64,000 bases of DNA. Source: Mobula hypostoma. Taxonomy: Eukaryota. The translations under genes were made by a program, and so were the position numbers. Under the pieces are notes generated by a model. That model saw nothing but the letters and a program-made list of their open reading frames with translations, searched no databases and had not been told where the DNA came from. Of the stretch, positions 12,880 through 24,835 are shown one piece after another; position 1 is the first letter of the stretch, and each line of letters opens with the position of its first letter. Location: assembly GCF_963921235.1 (NCBI RefSeq), contig NC_086097.1:252900001-252964000 (forward strand), given 5' to 3'.

Positions 12880-13440
12880 CTCCTGATGTGACTTCCGCTA
12901 CATCAGTGAGACACGACAGAGATTAAGGGACCAGGTGCCGAGCACCTTTGCTCCATCTGCAACAGGGATCTCCTGGTGGCCAGCTATTTCAGTTCCAATC
13001 CCCATTCCTATTCTGAAATGTTGGTCCATGATCTCCTGTGCTGTGGCCACTCTCTGGGTGGAGGAGGAGCAACACTTTATATTCCATTTAGGTAGCCTCC
13101 AACATGATGGCGTGAACATGAATTTTTCTAATTTCTGGTAATTTCTTCCCCTTCCCCCTTCTCTCTTTTCTGGTGCCCCTCTCACTGCTTCTCTTCTCCT
13201 CAACTGCCCATCACCTCCTACTTCCCTTTCTCCCATGGTCCGCTCTCCTCTCCTATCAGATTCCTTCTTCTCCAGCCCTTTACCTTTTCCACCGATCACC
13301 TCCCACTCTGTCATTTCATCTCCTCTCCTCCACCCACTTCCCCCTCACCTGGACTCACCTATCACCTGCCAGCATACGCTCCTTCCCCTCCCACCAACTT
13401 CTAATTCTGGCTCTGCCCGCTTTCTTTCCAGCCCTGATGG
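12880..13440 (+). mobile_element. Old Penelope-like element 3' fragment (GIY-YIG C-terminus + pyrimidine-rich pLTR)
   Basis: EEEQHFIFHLGSLQHDGVNMNFSNF matches the C-terminus of ORF 22937..23263. Confidence 0.75.
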
Positions 13441-14244
13441 TGGACAATATATTGACTGGTTGCATCACAACCTAGTATGGAAAAACAACGGCCTTGAACA
13501 GAAAGGAAGTAGTGGATACGGCCAGAGTCCATCATGGGTAAAGCTCTTCCCACCATTGTGCACATCTACATGAAATGCTGTTTTGTTGCAGGAAAGCAGC
13601 ATCCATCAGCAGAGACCTCCAGCACCCAGAACATGTTCACTTCTCACTGCTGCCATCAGGAAGGAGGTACAGGAGCCTCAGGACTCACATCACCAGGTTC
13701 AGGAACAGCTGTTACCCCTCCATCGTCAGGCTCTTAGATCTTGAGACCAAAAGGCATGGGAGCAGAATTAGGCCATTCAACCTATCGAGTCTGCTCCACC
13801 ATTCCATCATGGCTGATCCCAGATCCCTCTCAACTCCAGACACCTGCATCTCTCGCCATATCCTTTGATGCCCTGACCGATCAGGAAACGATCAACTTCA
13901 GCTTTAAATATACCCAAGGACCCCGGCACCACCGCAGTCTGTGGCAGAGCATTCCACTAATTCACTGCTCTCTGGCCAAAAAAATCCTCCTTACCTCTGT
14001 TCTAAAAGGTTGCCCTTCAATTTTGAGGCTGTGCCCTCTATTTCTTGATACCCCTACCATAGGAAACATCTTCTCCACATCCACCCTATCTCGTCCTTTC
14101 AACATTCAGTAGGTTTCAATGAGATTCCCAAGCATTCTTCTAAATTCCAGTGAGTACAGGCTCAAAGCTACCAAACGCTCCTCATATGTTAACCCCTTCA
14201 ATTCCCGGAATCATCCTCGTTAAACCCTCTGGACTCTCCAATGA

Positions 14245-15130
14245 CATCCCCTCCTTTACTCTCTGTATACCCATGACTGTGTCACCACACAACTCCAATC
14301 TGCTAATTAAATTTGCCAACGACACTACATTGATTGGCCTAATCTCAAACAATAACGAGGTGGCCTACTGGGAAGAAGTCATCTCTCTGACACAGTGGTG
14401 TCAAGAAAACAACTTCTCCCTCAATGTCGCAAAAACAGAGGAGCTGGTTGTGGATTACAGGCGGAATGGAGACTGGGCTAACCCTTATTGACATCAATGG
14501 ACCTGAGGCTGAGAGGGTAAACAGCTTTAAGTTCTTTAGCATCCACATCACCGAGGACCTCACGTGGTCTGTACACACCTGTCGTGTGGTGAAAAAAGCA
14601 CAACAGCACCTCTTTCACCTCAGACGGTTGAGGAAGTTTGGTATGGGCCTCCGAATCCTAAGAACTTTCTCCAGGGGCACGATTGAGAGCATCCTGACTG
14701 GCTGCATCACTGCCTGATATGGGAACTGTACTTCCCTCAATCGCAGGACTCTGCAGAGAGTGGTGCGGACAGCCCAGCGCATCTGTAGTTGTGAACTTCC
14801 CATGATTCAGGACATTTACAAAGACAGGTGTGTAAAAAGGGCCCGTAGGATTATTGGGGACCCGAGTCATCCCAACCACAAACTGTTCCAGCTGTTACCA
14901 TCCGGGAAATGGTACCACAGCATAAAAGCCAGGACCAGCAGGCGCTTCTTCCACCAGGCCATCAGACTGATGAACTCATGCTGATTTGAGTGTACTCTAT
15001 GTTACATTGATTGTCCTATTTATTATAAATTACTATGATTGCACATTGCACATTTAGATGGAGACGTAACGTAAAGATTTTTACTCCTCGTGTATGTGAA
15101 GGATGTAAGAAATAAAATCAACTTAATTCA
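14245..15130 (+). mobile_element. Rex1/Babar-type LINE 3' part
   Basis: Closely similar to 2984..3348 plus 5898..6427; acatcc repeated at both flanks. Confidence 0.85.
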
Positions 15131-17077
15131 ACATCCTTTCTGAGATATGGAGCCCAAAACCGTTGACAATAGTCCATGTGCAGTCTCACTAGTGTCTTAA
15201 AAAGCCTCAGCATTATCTACTTGCTTTTATATTCTATTCCCCTTGAAATAAATGCCAACATTGCATTTGCCTTCTTTACAACAGACTCAACCTGTAAATT
15301 AACCTTCTGGGAATCTTGCACGAGGACTCCGAGGTCCCTCTGCACCGCTGATGTTTGAACCTTCTCCCCATTTAGATAATAGTCCACACCATTGTTCCTT
15401 TTACCAAAATGCATTATCATACATTTCCCAACACTGTATTCCATCTGCCACTTTTTTGCCCATTCTTCCAATTTGTCTAAGTCCTGCTGCAATCACATTG
15501 CTTCCTCAGCACTACCCACCCCTCCACCTATCTTTGTATCATCCACAAACTTTGCCAGAAAGCCACCAATTCCATTATCCATTCACTGACAAACAATGTG
15601 AAAAGTAGTGGTCCCAATACTGACCCCTGAGGAACACCACTAGTCACCAGCAGCCAACCAGAAAAGGCCCCCTTTATTCCCACTCACTGCTTCCTGCCTG
15701 TCAGCCATTCCTCTGTCCATGCCAGTATCTTTCCCGTAACACCATAAGATTTTACCTTGTTAAGCAGCCTCATGTGTGGCACCTTATCGAATGCCTTCAG
15801 AAAATCCAAGTAAATAATATCCACCATCTTTGTCCACCCTACTTGTTACTTCCTTGAAAAACTCTAACAGATCTGTCAGGCAAAATTTTCCATTACAGAA
15901 ACCATGCTGACTTTGAGTTATTTTATCATTAGTCTCCAAGTCCCTCTAAATCTCATCCTTAATAATAGACTCCAACACTTTCCCAACCACTGAGGTTAGG
16001 CTAACTGGCCTGTAACTTCCTCTCTTTTTCCTTCTTCCCTTCTTAAAGAGTGGAATGACATTTGCAATTTTCCAGTCCTCCAGGACATGCCAGAATCAAA
16101 TGATTCTTCAAAGATCATGACCAATGCATCTGTTATCTCTTCAGCAACCTCTCTCAGGACTCTGGGGTGCCGTCCATCTGATCCAGGTGACTTATCCACC
16201 TTAAGACCTTTCAGTTTGCCTTGCACTTTTCACTTTGTAATAGCAATGACACTCACTCCTGCTCCCTGATGCTCACGGACCTCTGGCACACTGCTAGTGT
16301 CTTCCACAATGAAGACAGATGCAAAGTACCCATTAAGTTCACCGGCCATTTCTTTGTTCCCCATTACTACCTCATCAGCATCATTTTCCAGTGGTCCAAT
16401 ATCAACTCTCACCTCCCTTTTACTCTTCATATAACTGAAAAAATTTTTGGTATCCTGCTTTATATTATTGGTTAGGCTGTCCACATATTTCATCTTTTCC
16501 CTTCTTATAGTTTTTTAGTTGCCTTTAATTAGATTTTAAAAGCTTCTCAATCATCCAATATCCCACTCACCCTTGTTACCTTATATGCCCTTTCCTTGGC
16601 TTTTATGCAGTCTTTAACTTCCCTTGTCAGCCACAGTTGCCTACCCCTACCATTCGAGAACTACTTCTACTGTGGGACATATCTATCCTGCACCTTGTGA
16701 ACTATTCCCAGAAACTTCAGCCATCTCTGCTCTGCTGTCACCCCACCAGTACCCTTCTCCAATCCACCTGGGCAACCTCCTCTCTCATGCCTCTGTAATT
16801 CCCTTTATTCTATTGTGATACTGATACATGTGACATATAATTCTCCCTCTCAAACTGCAGTATGAATTTAATCATATTATGATCACTGCCTCCTAAGGGT
16901 TCCTTTACATTATGCTCCCAAATAAGATCTAGGTTATTACACAACACCCGATCTAAGATAGCCTCTCCCTTATTAGACAAAAACTCAAGCTGCTCTGAAA
17001 AGCCATCTCATAGGCATTCAACAAATTCCCTCTCTTGCAATCCAAAACCACCCTAATTTTCCCAATCCTCTTGCATA

Positions 17078-17700
17078 TTGAATTGAATTGTATTGACTTT
17101 ATTTCTTACATCCTTCACATACATGAGGAGTAAGAATCTTTACGTTATGTCTCCATCTAAATGTGCAATGTGCAATCATAGTAATTTATAGTAATTTATA
17201 ATAAATAGAACAGTCAATGTAACACAGAATACACTCAAATCAGCCTGAGTTAATCAGTCTGATGGCCTGGTGGAAGAAGCTGTCCCGGAGCCTGTTGGTT
17301 CTGGTTTTTATGCTGTGGTACCGTTTCCCAGATGGTAGCAACTGGAACAGTTTGTGGTTGGGGCGACTCGGGTCCCCAATGATCCTTCGGGCCCTTTTTA
17401 CACCCCTGTCTTTGTAAATGTCCTGAATCATAGGAAACTCACAACTACAGATGCGCTGGGCTGTCCGCACCACTCTCTGCAGAGTCCTGCGATTGAGGGA
17501 AGTACAGTTCCCATATCAGGCAGTGATGCAGCCAGTCAGGATGCTCTCAGTCGTGCCTCTGTAGAAAGTCCTCGGGATTTGGGCACCCATACCAAACTTC
17601 CTCAACCGTCTGAGGTGAAAGAGGCACTGTTGTGCTTTTTTCACCACACAGCTGATGTGCACGGACCATGTGAGGTCCTCGGTGATGTGGATGCTGGGGA
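17078..17700 (-). mobile_element. Rex1/Babar-type LINE 3' part
   Basis: IHITEDLTWSVH..LRRLRKFG..SFFHQAIRLINS; (ATTCA)n tail. Confidence 0.85.
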
Positions 17701-18019
17701 ACTTAATTACAATTGGCATGACTACCCCCATTACAATTGTGTCATTATCCTTATTACATGCCTTTTCCAGATCCCTTTGCAATCTCAACCCCACAACTTG
17801 ACTATTATTTGGAGGCCTATATATGATTCCTATAATGTATTTTTTACCCTTGCAGTTTCCTAACTCCACCCACAAAGATTCAACACTCTCTGATGTCACC
17901 TCTTTCTAAAGATGTAATTCCATCTCTTACCAACAGAGCCACACCACCGCCTATGCCTTCCTGCCGGTCCTTTCGATACAAAGTATATCCTTTGATGTTA
18001 AGCTCCCAACTATGGCCTC

Positions 18020-18575
18020 TTTCAGCCATTTTAATTCCACATCCCATTCCCATTCTGATATGTCTATCCACGGCCTCCTCTACTGTAAAGATGAAGCCAC
18101 ACTCAGGTTGGAGGAACAACACCTTATATTCCGTCTGGGTAGCCTCCAACCTGATGGCATGAACATCGACTTTTCTAACTTCCGCTAATGCCCCCCCTCC
18201 CCCTCGTACCCCAACCGTTATTTATTTATATACACACATTCTTTCTCTCTCTCTTCTTTTTCTCCCTCTGTCCCTCTGACTATACTCCTTGCCCATCCTC
18301 TGTTTCCCCCCCCCTTGTCTTTCTCCCTGGGCCTCCTGTCCCATGATCCTCTCATATCCCTTTTGCCAATCACCTGTCCAGCTCTTGGCTCCATCCCTCC
18401 CGCTCCTGTCTTCTCCTATCATTTTGGATCTCCCCCTCCCCCTCCCACTTTCAAATCTCTTACTAGCTCTTCCTTCAGTTAGTCCTGACGAAGGGTCTCG
18501 GCCCGAAACGTCGACTGTACCTCTTCCTAGAGATGCTGCCTGGCCTGCTACGTTCAACAGCAACTTTGATGTGTA
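18020..18575 (+). mobile_element. Penelope-like element 3' fragment with pLTR
   Basis: Near-identical to 50245..50790; encodes LRLEEQHLIFRLGSLQPDGMNIDFSNF. Confidence 0.85.
18481..18516 (+). ncRNA. Minimal type I hammerhead ribozyme motif
   Basis: agtc CTGACGA agggtctcggccc GAAAC GTC gact: intact core, stem I agtc/gact, stem II gggt/gccc, palindromic ACGT stem III. Confidence 0.75.
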
Positions 18576-19190
18576 TTATTAGAATTTCAGTACAATTTCC
18601 CGACACAATAACTCTGTACTTCTCATCAATGATTGTCTCTACATTATGTCAGCATTCAGGATGCATACAGTCAGCTCCGTTCAATCTCGGAGAATGGATC
18701 AGATGCATGAAGTTACACTGCGCAACATCTTGCGTCTTATAATTAATAGCTCTCAAAAACACATTCAAATTTACATGAAATATTGCCAAAGGATACAAAA
18801 GAGATTGAATAGATGAGCTGCACCTTCTATATTTATAGATTCTATATTTAGTAGCTAAGTTTAATCACTGCGTGATCTCCTCGAGGGGAAATCTCTTGAT
18901 CTTGGACTCAGGTTCAGAGGCCGTGGTCTGGAATTCTGGCTACAGCCCTGTCACTCTGAATGTGGTCCCTGCTGGGAATTGATGATTAGCAAATTTATGA
19001 GGTGTTTGATTCCACCCAACAACTTGTTAAACACTTCGACATGTTTTTCCATGTTAGAGGCACCACTTACCAGCAAATTGTTGTGAGAAAAACCGTAAAT
19101 AATGAGAATGTTCTGAAACCTATTGAATGTTGAAATGTTGAAGAATGAGGGGGGAATCGCAATGAAACTGAAAGAATACTGAAAGGCTTC

Positions 19191-19618
19191 GATAGAGTGG
19201 ATGTGGAGACGATGTTTCCTGTAGTGGGGGAGTCTCGGACCAGAGGGCACAGATAGAGTGGGTGTGGAGACGATGTTTCCTATATTGGGGGAGTCTCACG
19301 ACCAGAGGGCACGGATAGAGTGGGTGTGGAGACGATGTTTCCTATAGTGGGGGAGCCTCAGACCAGAGGACACAGATAGAGTGGATGTGGAGAGGATGTT
19401 TCCTGTAGTGGGGGAGTCTAGGACCAGAGGACACAGATAGAGTGGATGTGGAGAGGATGTTTCCTGTAGTGGGGGAGTCTAGGACCAGAGGACACAGATA
19501 GAGTGGATGTGGAGAGGATGTTTCCTATAGTGGGGGAGTCTTGGACCAGAGGGCACAGACAGAGTGGGTGTGGAGATGATGTTTCCTGTAGTGGGGGAGT
19601 CTCAGACCAGAGGGCACA
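19191..19618 (+). repeat. Tandem repeat, 7 x ~61 bp, derived from CR1 ORF2 3' sequence
   Basis: Unit gatagagtggatgtggagacgatgtttcctgtagtgggggagtctcggaccagagggcaca starts at 19191, 19252, 19314, 19375, 19436, 19497 and 19558. Confidence 0.95.
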
Positions 19619-19679
19619 CTCTCAGAACAGAGAGACGTCCATTTAGAACAGAGATGAGGGAAGTTCTTTAGCCAGAGGT

Positions 19680-20955
19680 GAAGCACCAGGTCTACAGCAG
19701 ATGCCATCTCATTGGCTCTTCACACAACCCTGGAACATCTGGACAGCAAAGATGCATGTATCAGGATGCTCTTTATTGACTACAGCTCAGCATTTAATAC
19801 CATCATCCCCTCGAAACTAATCAGTAAACTCCAAGACCTGGGCCTCAATACCACCGTGTGCAATTCAATCCTGGATTTCCTCATTTATAGATCCTAGTCA
19901 GTTTGTATTGGCAAAAACATCTCCTCTACAATCTCAATCAGCACAGGAGCACCGCAGGGATGTGAGCTTAGTCCCTGCTCTGCTTGCTTTACACCTGTGA
20001 CTGTGTGGCTAAGTACAGTTCCAACACCATATACAACTTTGCTGACGACACCATTGTTGTGGGCCCTATCAAAGGTGGTGGTGAGTCAGCATACAGGGGG
20101 AAATCGAAAACTTGGCTGAGTGGTGTAATAACAACAACCTCTCATTCAATATCAATGATGAAAGAAGAGATCGTAAACTTCAGGAGAGGGAAATCAAAGG
20201 TCCATGAGCCAGTACTCATCCGAGGATCAGAGGTGGAGAGGGTCAGTAACTTCAAATTCCTGGGTGTCACTATCTCAGAGGACCTGGCCTGGACCCATCA
20301 TATAAATATAATTGCAAAGAAAGCACATCAGTGCCTCTACTTCCTCAGCAGTCTGTGGAGATTTGGCATGTCATTAAAAACCTTGGCAAACTTCTGTAGC
20401 TGTGCGGTGGAAAGTGTGCTGACTGGCTGCATTACGGCCTGGTATGGGAACACCGATGCCTTTGAGTAGAAAATCCTACAAAAGATAGTGTATTCAGCCC
20501 AGTACATCACAGGGAACGCCCTCCCAACCACTGAGTGTTGAAACGTTACTGTAGAAAAGCAGCATCCATCATCAAAGATCCTCCCCACTCAGTCCATGCT
20601 TTTTTCTTGCTGCTGCCATCAGGGAGTAGGTACAGGAGCCTCAGGACTCGCACCACCAGGTTCAAGAGTAGTCCCTACCCGTCAGCCATCAGGGTCTTGA
20701 ACTAAAGAGGATAACTACACTCATTCTATTTGTAGAGCTCCCACAACCGATAGTCTCACTTTAAGGACTCTTTAACTTGTTATTTCATGCTCTTGTTATT
20801 TATTGCTATTTATTTATATTTGTATTTGCAGTTTGTCGTCCATTGATCCTGTTTACAGTTACTGTTCTATAGATTTGCTAAGTATGCCAGCAGGAAAAAG
20901 AATCTCAGGGTTGTGTGTGATGACATATATGCACTCTGATAATAAACTTTGAACG
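19680..20955 (+). mobile_element. Rex1/Babar-type LINE RT region, inserted in a CR1 3' end
   Basis: [43 protein letters not shown]; the CR1 resumes at ~20958. Confidence 0.85.
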
Positions 20956-22068
20956 TCGATGAATCTGTGGAATTCATTGTCATAGATGGCTGTGGAGGCC
21001 AAGTGATTGAGTATATTTAAAGTGGGTGTTGATGGATTTGTGATTCATCAGGGTGTCAGAGGTTACAGGGAAAAGGCAGGAGAATGAGGTTGAGAGGGAT
21101 GATAAATCGGCCATGATGGAGTAGACTTGATGGGTCCAACAGCTTAATTCTGCTCTAATGTCTGATGATTTTATGTTTTTATCTAAGTCCATGCCATCAA
21201 GAAGCACATAATATTCTCAGCAAACAAGTGTAAGATAGCACAAATCTGTAACAAAAATAAATGGAACCATCTGCTGTGAAATTTGGTAGCATTGTTGTCA
21301 ACAAATTCCATCCAACTGGCATCTTTAAATGAACGGAGATCGAACTGGATTTGATGTCTGACCCTAGTGGTTTCAAGAGCAGGTCAAAAACTGGGCTTTC
21401 TCTTCTTTATCATCCAGATTTTTTTTCATTTTATTCCTTCTATTCCTAATTTCCTGAACAATTTATATTTTGGAACTGTTTTAAAGTTGTCAGCAATCTG
21501 ACTTGCTGAATAATTTATTAGGGAAGTTGGGGCTGTGTTTTTGACTCCTACACGTTTGGTCGTGTAAGGTGGCCATTTTCTGTGCCATGCAAATAGAAGT
21601 TGGCATTCTCTGGACAACAACATGACATGGTTTGTAACAGTGTCATTCTTGAATGCTTTCATAAATCATCCTCACAATTTCTACAGATGTACCATGGAGA
21701 TCATTCTAACTGGTTGTGTCATCATCATCTGGTTTGGAGTATGTAGGTGATATTAAACTTGATTCTGATTTGGATCTTATCCTTCCGTAGACAACCTTTT
21801 CAATACTGGAAGATGCTGACGGAACACAGGTCACACTGATCAAAAACATGAGTGAGGAGAAAGACAAAGATTATAAACATCAGCTTTATGTGTCAAATGT
21901 AGATGCAAACATACAGTGAAATGTGTTGTTTGTGTCAAACCAAATGAGCAAGGATGTGTTGGGCAAACACGAACGCGAGGAAATCTGCAGAAGCTGGAAT
22001 TTCAAGCAACGCACATAAAAGTTGCTGGTGAACACAGCAGGCCAGGCAGCATCTCTAGGAAGTGGTAC

Positions 22069-22104
22069 AGTCGACGTTTCAGGCCGAGACCCTTCTTCAG
22101 GACT
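22069..22104 (-). ncRNA. Minimal hammerhead ribozyme motif
   Basis: Reverse complement reads agtc CTGAAGA agggtctcggcct GAAAC GTC gact. Confidence 0.65.
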
Positions 22105-22150
22105 AACTGAAAGAAGAGACTAACTGAAAGTAACTGTCTTTGTTGATCAT

Positions 22151-23263
22151 GTGGAACAGTCTGTACTCCAAACCTATTCTGGTACTGCTCCCCAACTTTT
22201 CCTTCGGTACATTGGTGCTGCTTCCTGCACCCATGCTGAGCTCGTCAATTTCATCAACTTTACTTCAAACTTCCACCCAGCCCTCAAATTCACTTGGTCT
22301 ACCTCGTACACTTCTCTCCCCTTTCTCGATCTCTCGGTCTCCATCCCTGGAGACAGACTGTCCACTGACATCTTCTACAAGCCCACTGACTCTCATAACT
22401 ACCTCAACTATACCTCTTCCCACCCCGCCACATGCAAAAATGCCATTCCCTATTCCCAGTTCCTCTGTCTCCGCCGCATCTGCTCCCAGGGTGAGGCTTT
22501 CCGTTCCAGGACATCTCAAATGTCCTCTTTCTTTAAGGATCGTGGTTTCCCTTCTACCGTCATCAATGATGCCCTCACCCGCATCTCCTCCATTTCCCGC
22601 ACTTCAGCCCTCACCCCATCCTCCTGCCACCTCAACAGGGACAGAGTTCCCCTTGTCCTCACCTACCACCCCACCAGCCTCCGGATCCAGCACATTATCC
22701 TCCGCAACTTCCGCCACCTTCAACAGGACCCCACCACTAAGCACATCTTTCCCTCTCCACCCCTCTCTGCTTTCCGCAGGGATCGGTCCCTCCGCGACTC
22801 CCTGATCCACACGTCCCTCCCCACGGATCTCCCACCCGGCACTTATCCCTGTAAGCATAAGTGCTACACCTGTCCCTACACCTGTCCCTACACCTCCTCT
22901 CTCACCACCATTTAGGGCCCCAAACAGTCCTTCCAGGTGAGGCAACACTTCACTTGTGTGTCTGTTGGGGTCATCTGTTGCATCCGGTGCTCCCGGTGCG
23001 GCCTCCTCTACATCGGTGAAACCCGACGCAGGTTGGGGGACCGCTTCATCGAGCACCTCCGCTCCGTCCACCACAACAGACAGGATCTCCCAGTAGCCAC
23101 CCACTTCAGCTCTGCTTCCCACTCCCATTCAGATATGTCCATACATGGCCTCCTCTACTGCCATGATGAGGCTAAACTCAGGTTGGAGGAGCAACACCTC
23201 ATATACCGTCTAGGTAGTCTCCAGCCCCGTGGTATGAACATAGAATTCTCCAACTTCCGGTAA
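22151..23263 (+). pseudogene. Penelope RT thumb/linker + GIY-YIG endonuclease, one in-frame stop
   Basis: ORFs 22151..22915 and 22937..23263 share a frame; the TAG at 22913 corresponds to CAG in the copy near 50042. Confidence 0.85.
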
Positions 23264-23528
23264 TTCCCTCCCCCTCCCTTCCCCTATCCCTATGTCACTC
23301 TGCCTCCTCCCCCAGCTGCCTATCACCTCCCTCATGGTTCTACCTCCTTCTACTGCCCATTGTGTTTTCCCCTATTCTTTCTTCACCTTTCCTGCCTATC
23401 CCCTCCCTGCTTCCCCTCCACCACCCCTTTATCTTTCCCCTTACTGGTTTTTCACCTGGAACCTACCAGCCTTCTCCTTCCCACCCTCCCCCCACCTTCT
23501 TTATAGGGCCTCTGCCCCTTCCCCCTAC

Positions 23529-23564
23529 AGTCCTGACGAAGGGTTCTGGCCTGAAATGTTGACT
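23529..23564 (+). ncRNA. Degenerate hammerhead motif
   Basis: agtc CTGACGA agggttctggcct GAAAT GTT gact; stem III palindrome altered. Confidence 0.5.
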
Positions 23565-23699
23565 CATCGTTTCCATGGATGCTGCCCGACCTGCTGAGTT
23601 CCTCCAGCATGTTGTGAGTGTTACGTTGCAGGCTCCTACCACTCTCTGTGTAATAAACTTGCCCCTCATTCTAATGTATCTGTCTCTACCACCACCCCA

Positions 23700-24055
23700 G
23701 GCAGCACATTGCATGCACCCACCACTCTTGGTGTAAAAAAATCCTGCCCCTCACAACTTCTTTGAAATTAACCCCTCCCACCTTAAATGCATGCCATCTG
23801 GTATTAGATATTTCAACCCTGGTAAAAAGATAGTCTGTCTACTCTGCCTATGCCTCTCATAATTATATAAACCTCAATCAGATCTCCCCTCAGCCTCCAG
23901 CACTCCAGAGAAAACAACCCAAGTTTGTCCAATCTCTCGTTATAGCTCATGCTCTCTAATCCAGGCAGCATCCTGGTGAACCTCTTCTGCACGCTCTCCA
24001 AAGCCCCAGCATCCTCCCTATAATGGGGTGACCAGAACCGTATTCAATACTCCTG
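23700..24055 (-). mobile_element. CR1 3' fragment
   Basis: ESVQKRFTRMLPGL..LGLFSLE..LRGDLIEVY. Confidence 0.85.
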
Positions 24056-24299
24056 TGATAGAATTACCTGACTCCTCTCACTCCCTCTGCACGGATGCGG
24101 CATTTGAAGGGATGCTCTTTCCCACTGTAGGATGACTCTGAAGCACTTGTGCCTTGGGCCTTGTTTGTAACAATCCAGGCATTGCTAAACGCCTGCCATT
24201 CCTGCATTCCCACTCTGGGAATGGAAAGGAATTCGGATGCAACTGCAGATGGGATGAGTTGATCTCTGAAAGCACCTTGATCCTCAGCTGTGTATGTGA

Positions 24300-24835
24300 A
24301 GATTCCAGCATGGATAAAGCAGTGGCCGATTGGCAGGAGGCAAAGAGTGGGAATAAAGGAAGTCTTTTCTTGTTTGCTGCCGGTGACTAGTGGTGTTCCA
24401 CATGGGTCTGCATTGGGCCGATTCTTTTCATGTTATATGCCAATGATTTGGATGATGGAATTGATGGCTTTGCAAAGTTTGCAGACAATATGAAGATAGA
24501 TGGAGGGGCAGGTAATTTTGAAGAAGTAAAGAAGTTACGGAAAGACTTAGATAGGTTAGGAGAATGGGCAAAGAAATGGCAGATGGAATACAGTGTCAGG
24601 AAATGCTTGGTCATGCACTTTGGCTGAAGAACCTGCAAATTAACCTTTAGGGAATCCTGCGCCAGGACCCGCAAGCCTCTTTGCACCTCAGATTAGAATC
24701 TAGTCTAATCTAGTGTAATCTAATATTTGTATTTTCTCTCATTTAGAAAACAGTCAACCCTTTAATTTCTTCTACCAAAGGCTCCATTTATTCCCACTCT
24801 TTGCCTCCTGTCAACCAGCTACTGCTCTATGGATG
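24300..24835. mobile_element. Rearranged CR1 RT fragments (+ then -)
   Basis: VTSGVPHGSALG, FAKFADNMK and LGEWAKKWQMEY on +; orientation switches near 24625. Confidence 0.75.

Larger units (their letters stand above)
13745..18020 (-). mobile_element. CR1 LINE ORF2, degenerate, interrupted by two Rex1-type insertions
   Basis: YTLYRKDRQEGIGGGVALLV, IYRPPNN, KSPGSDGRHPRVLRE, LEEWAKKWQMEY and a CR1 3' UTR near 13745. Confidence 0.88.
21965..23620 (+). mobile_element. Penelope-like element, 5'-truncated, with inverted pLTR at its 5' side
   Basis: RT C-half (FLRYIG, LPFLDLSV, YKPTDSHNYL) plus GIY-YIG endonuclease (CIRCSRCGLLYIGETRRRLGDRFIEH); inverted pLTR at ~21965..22130. Confidence 0.9.
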
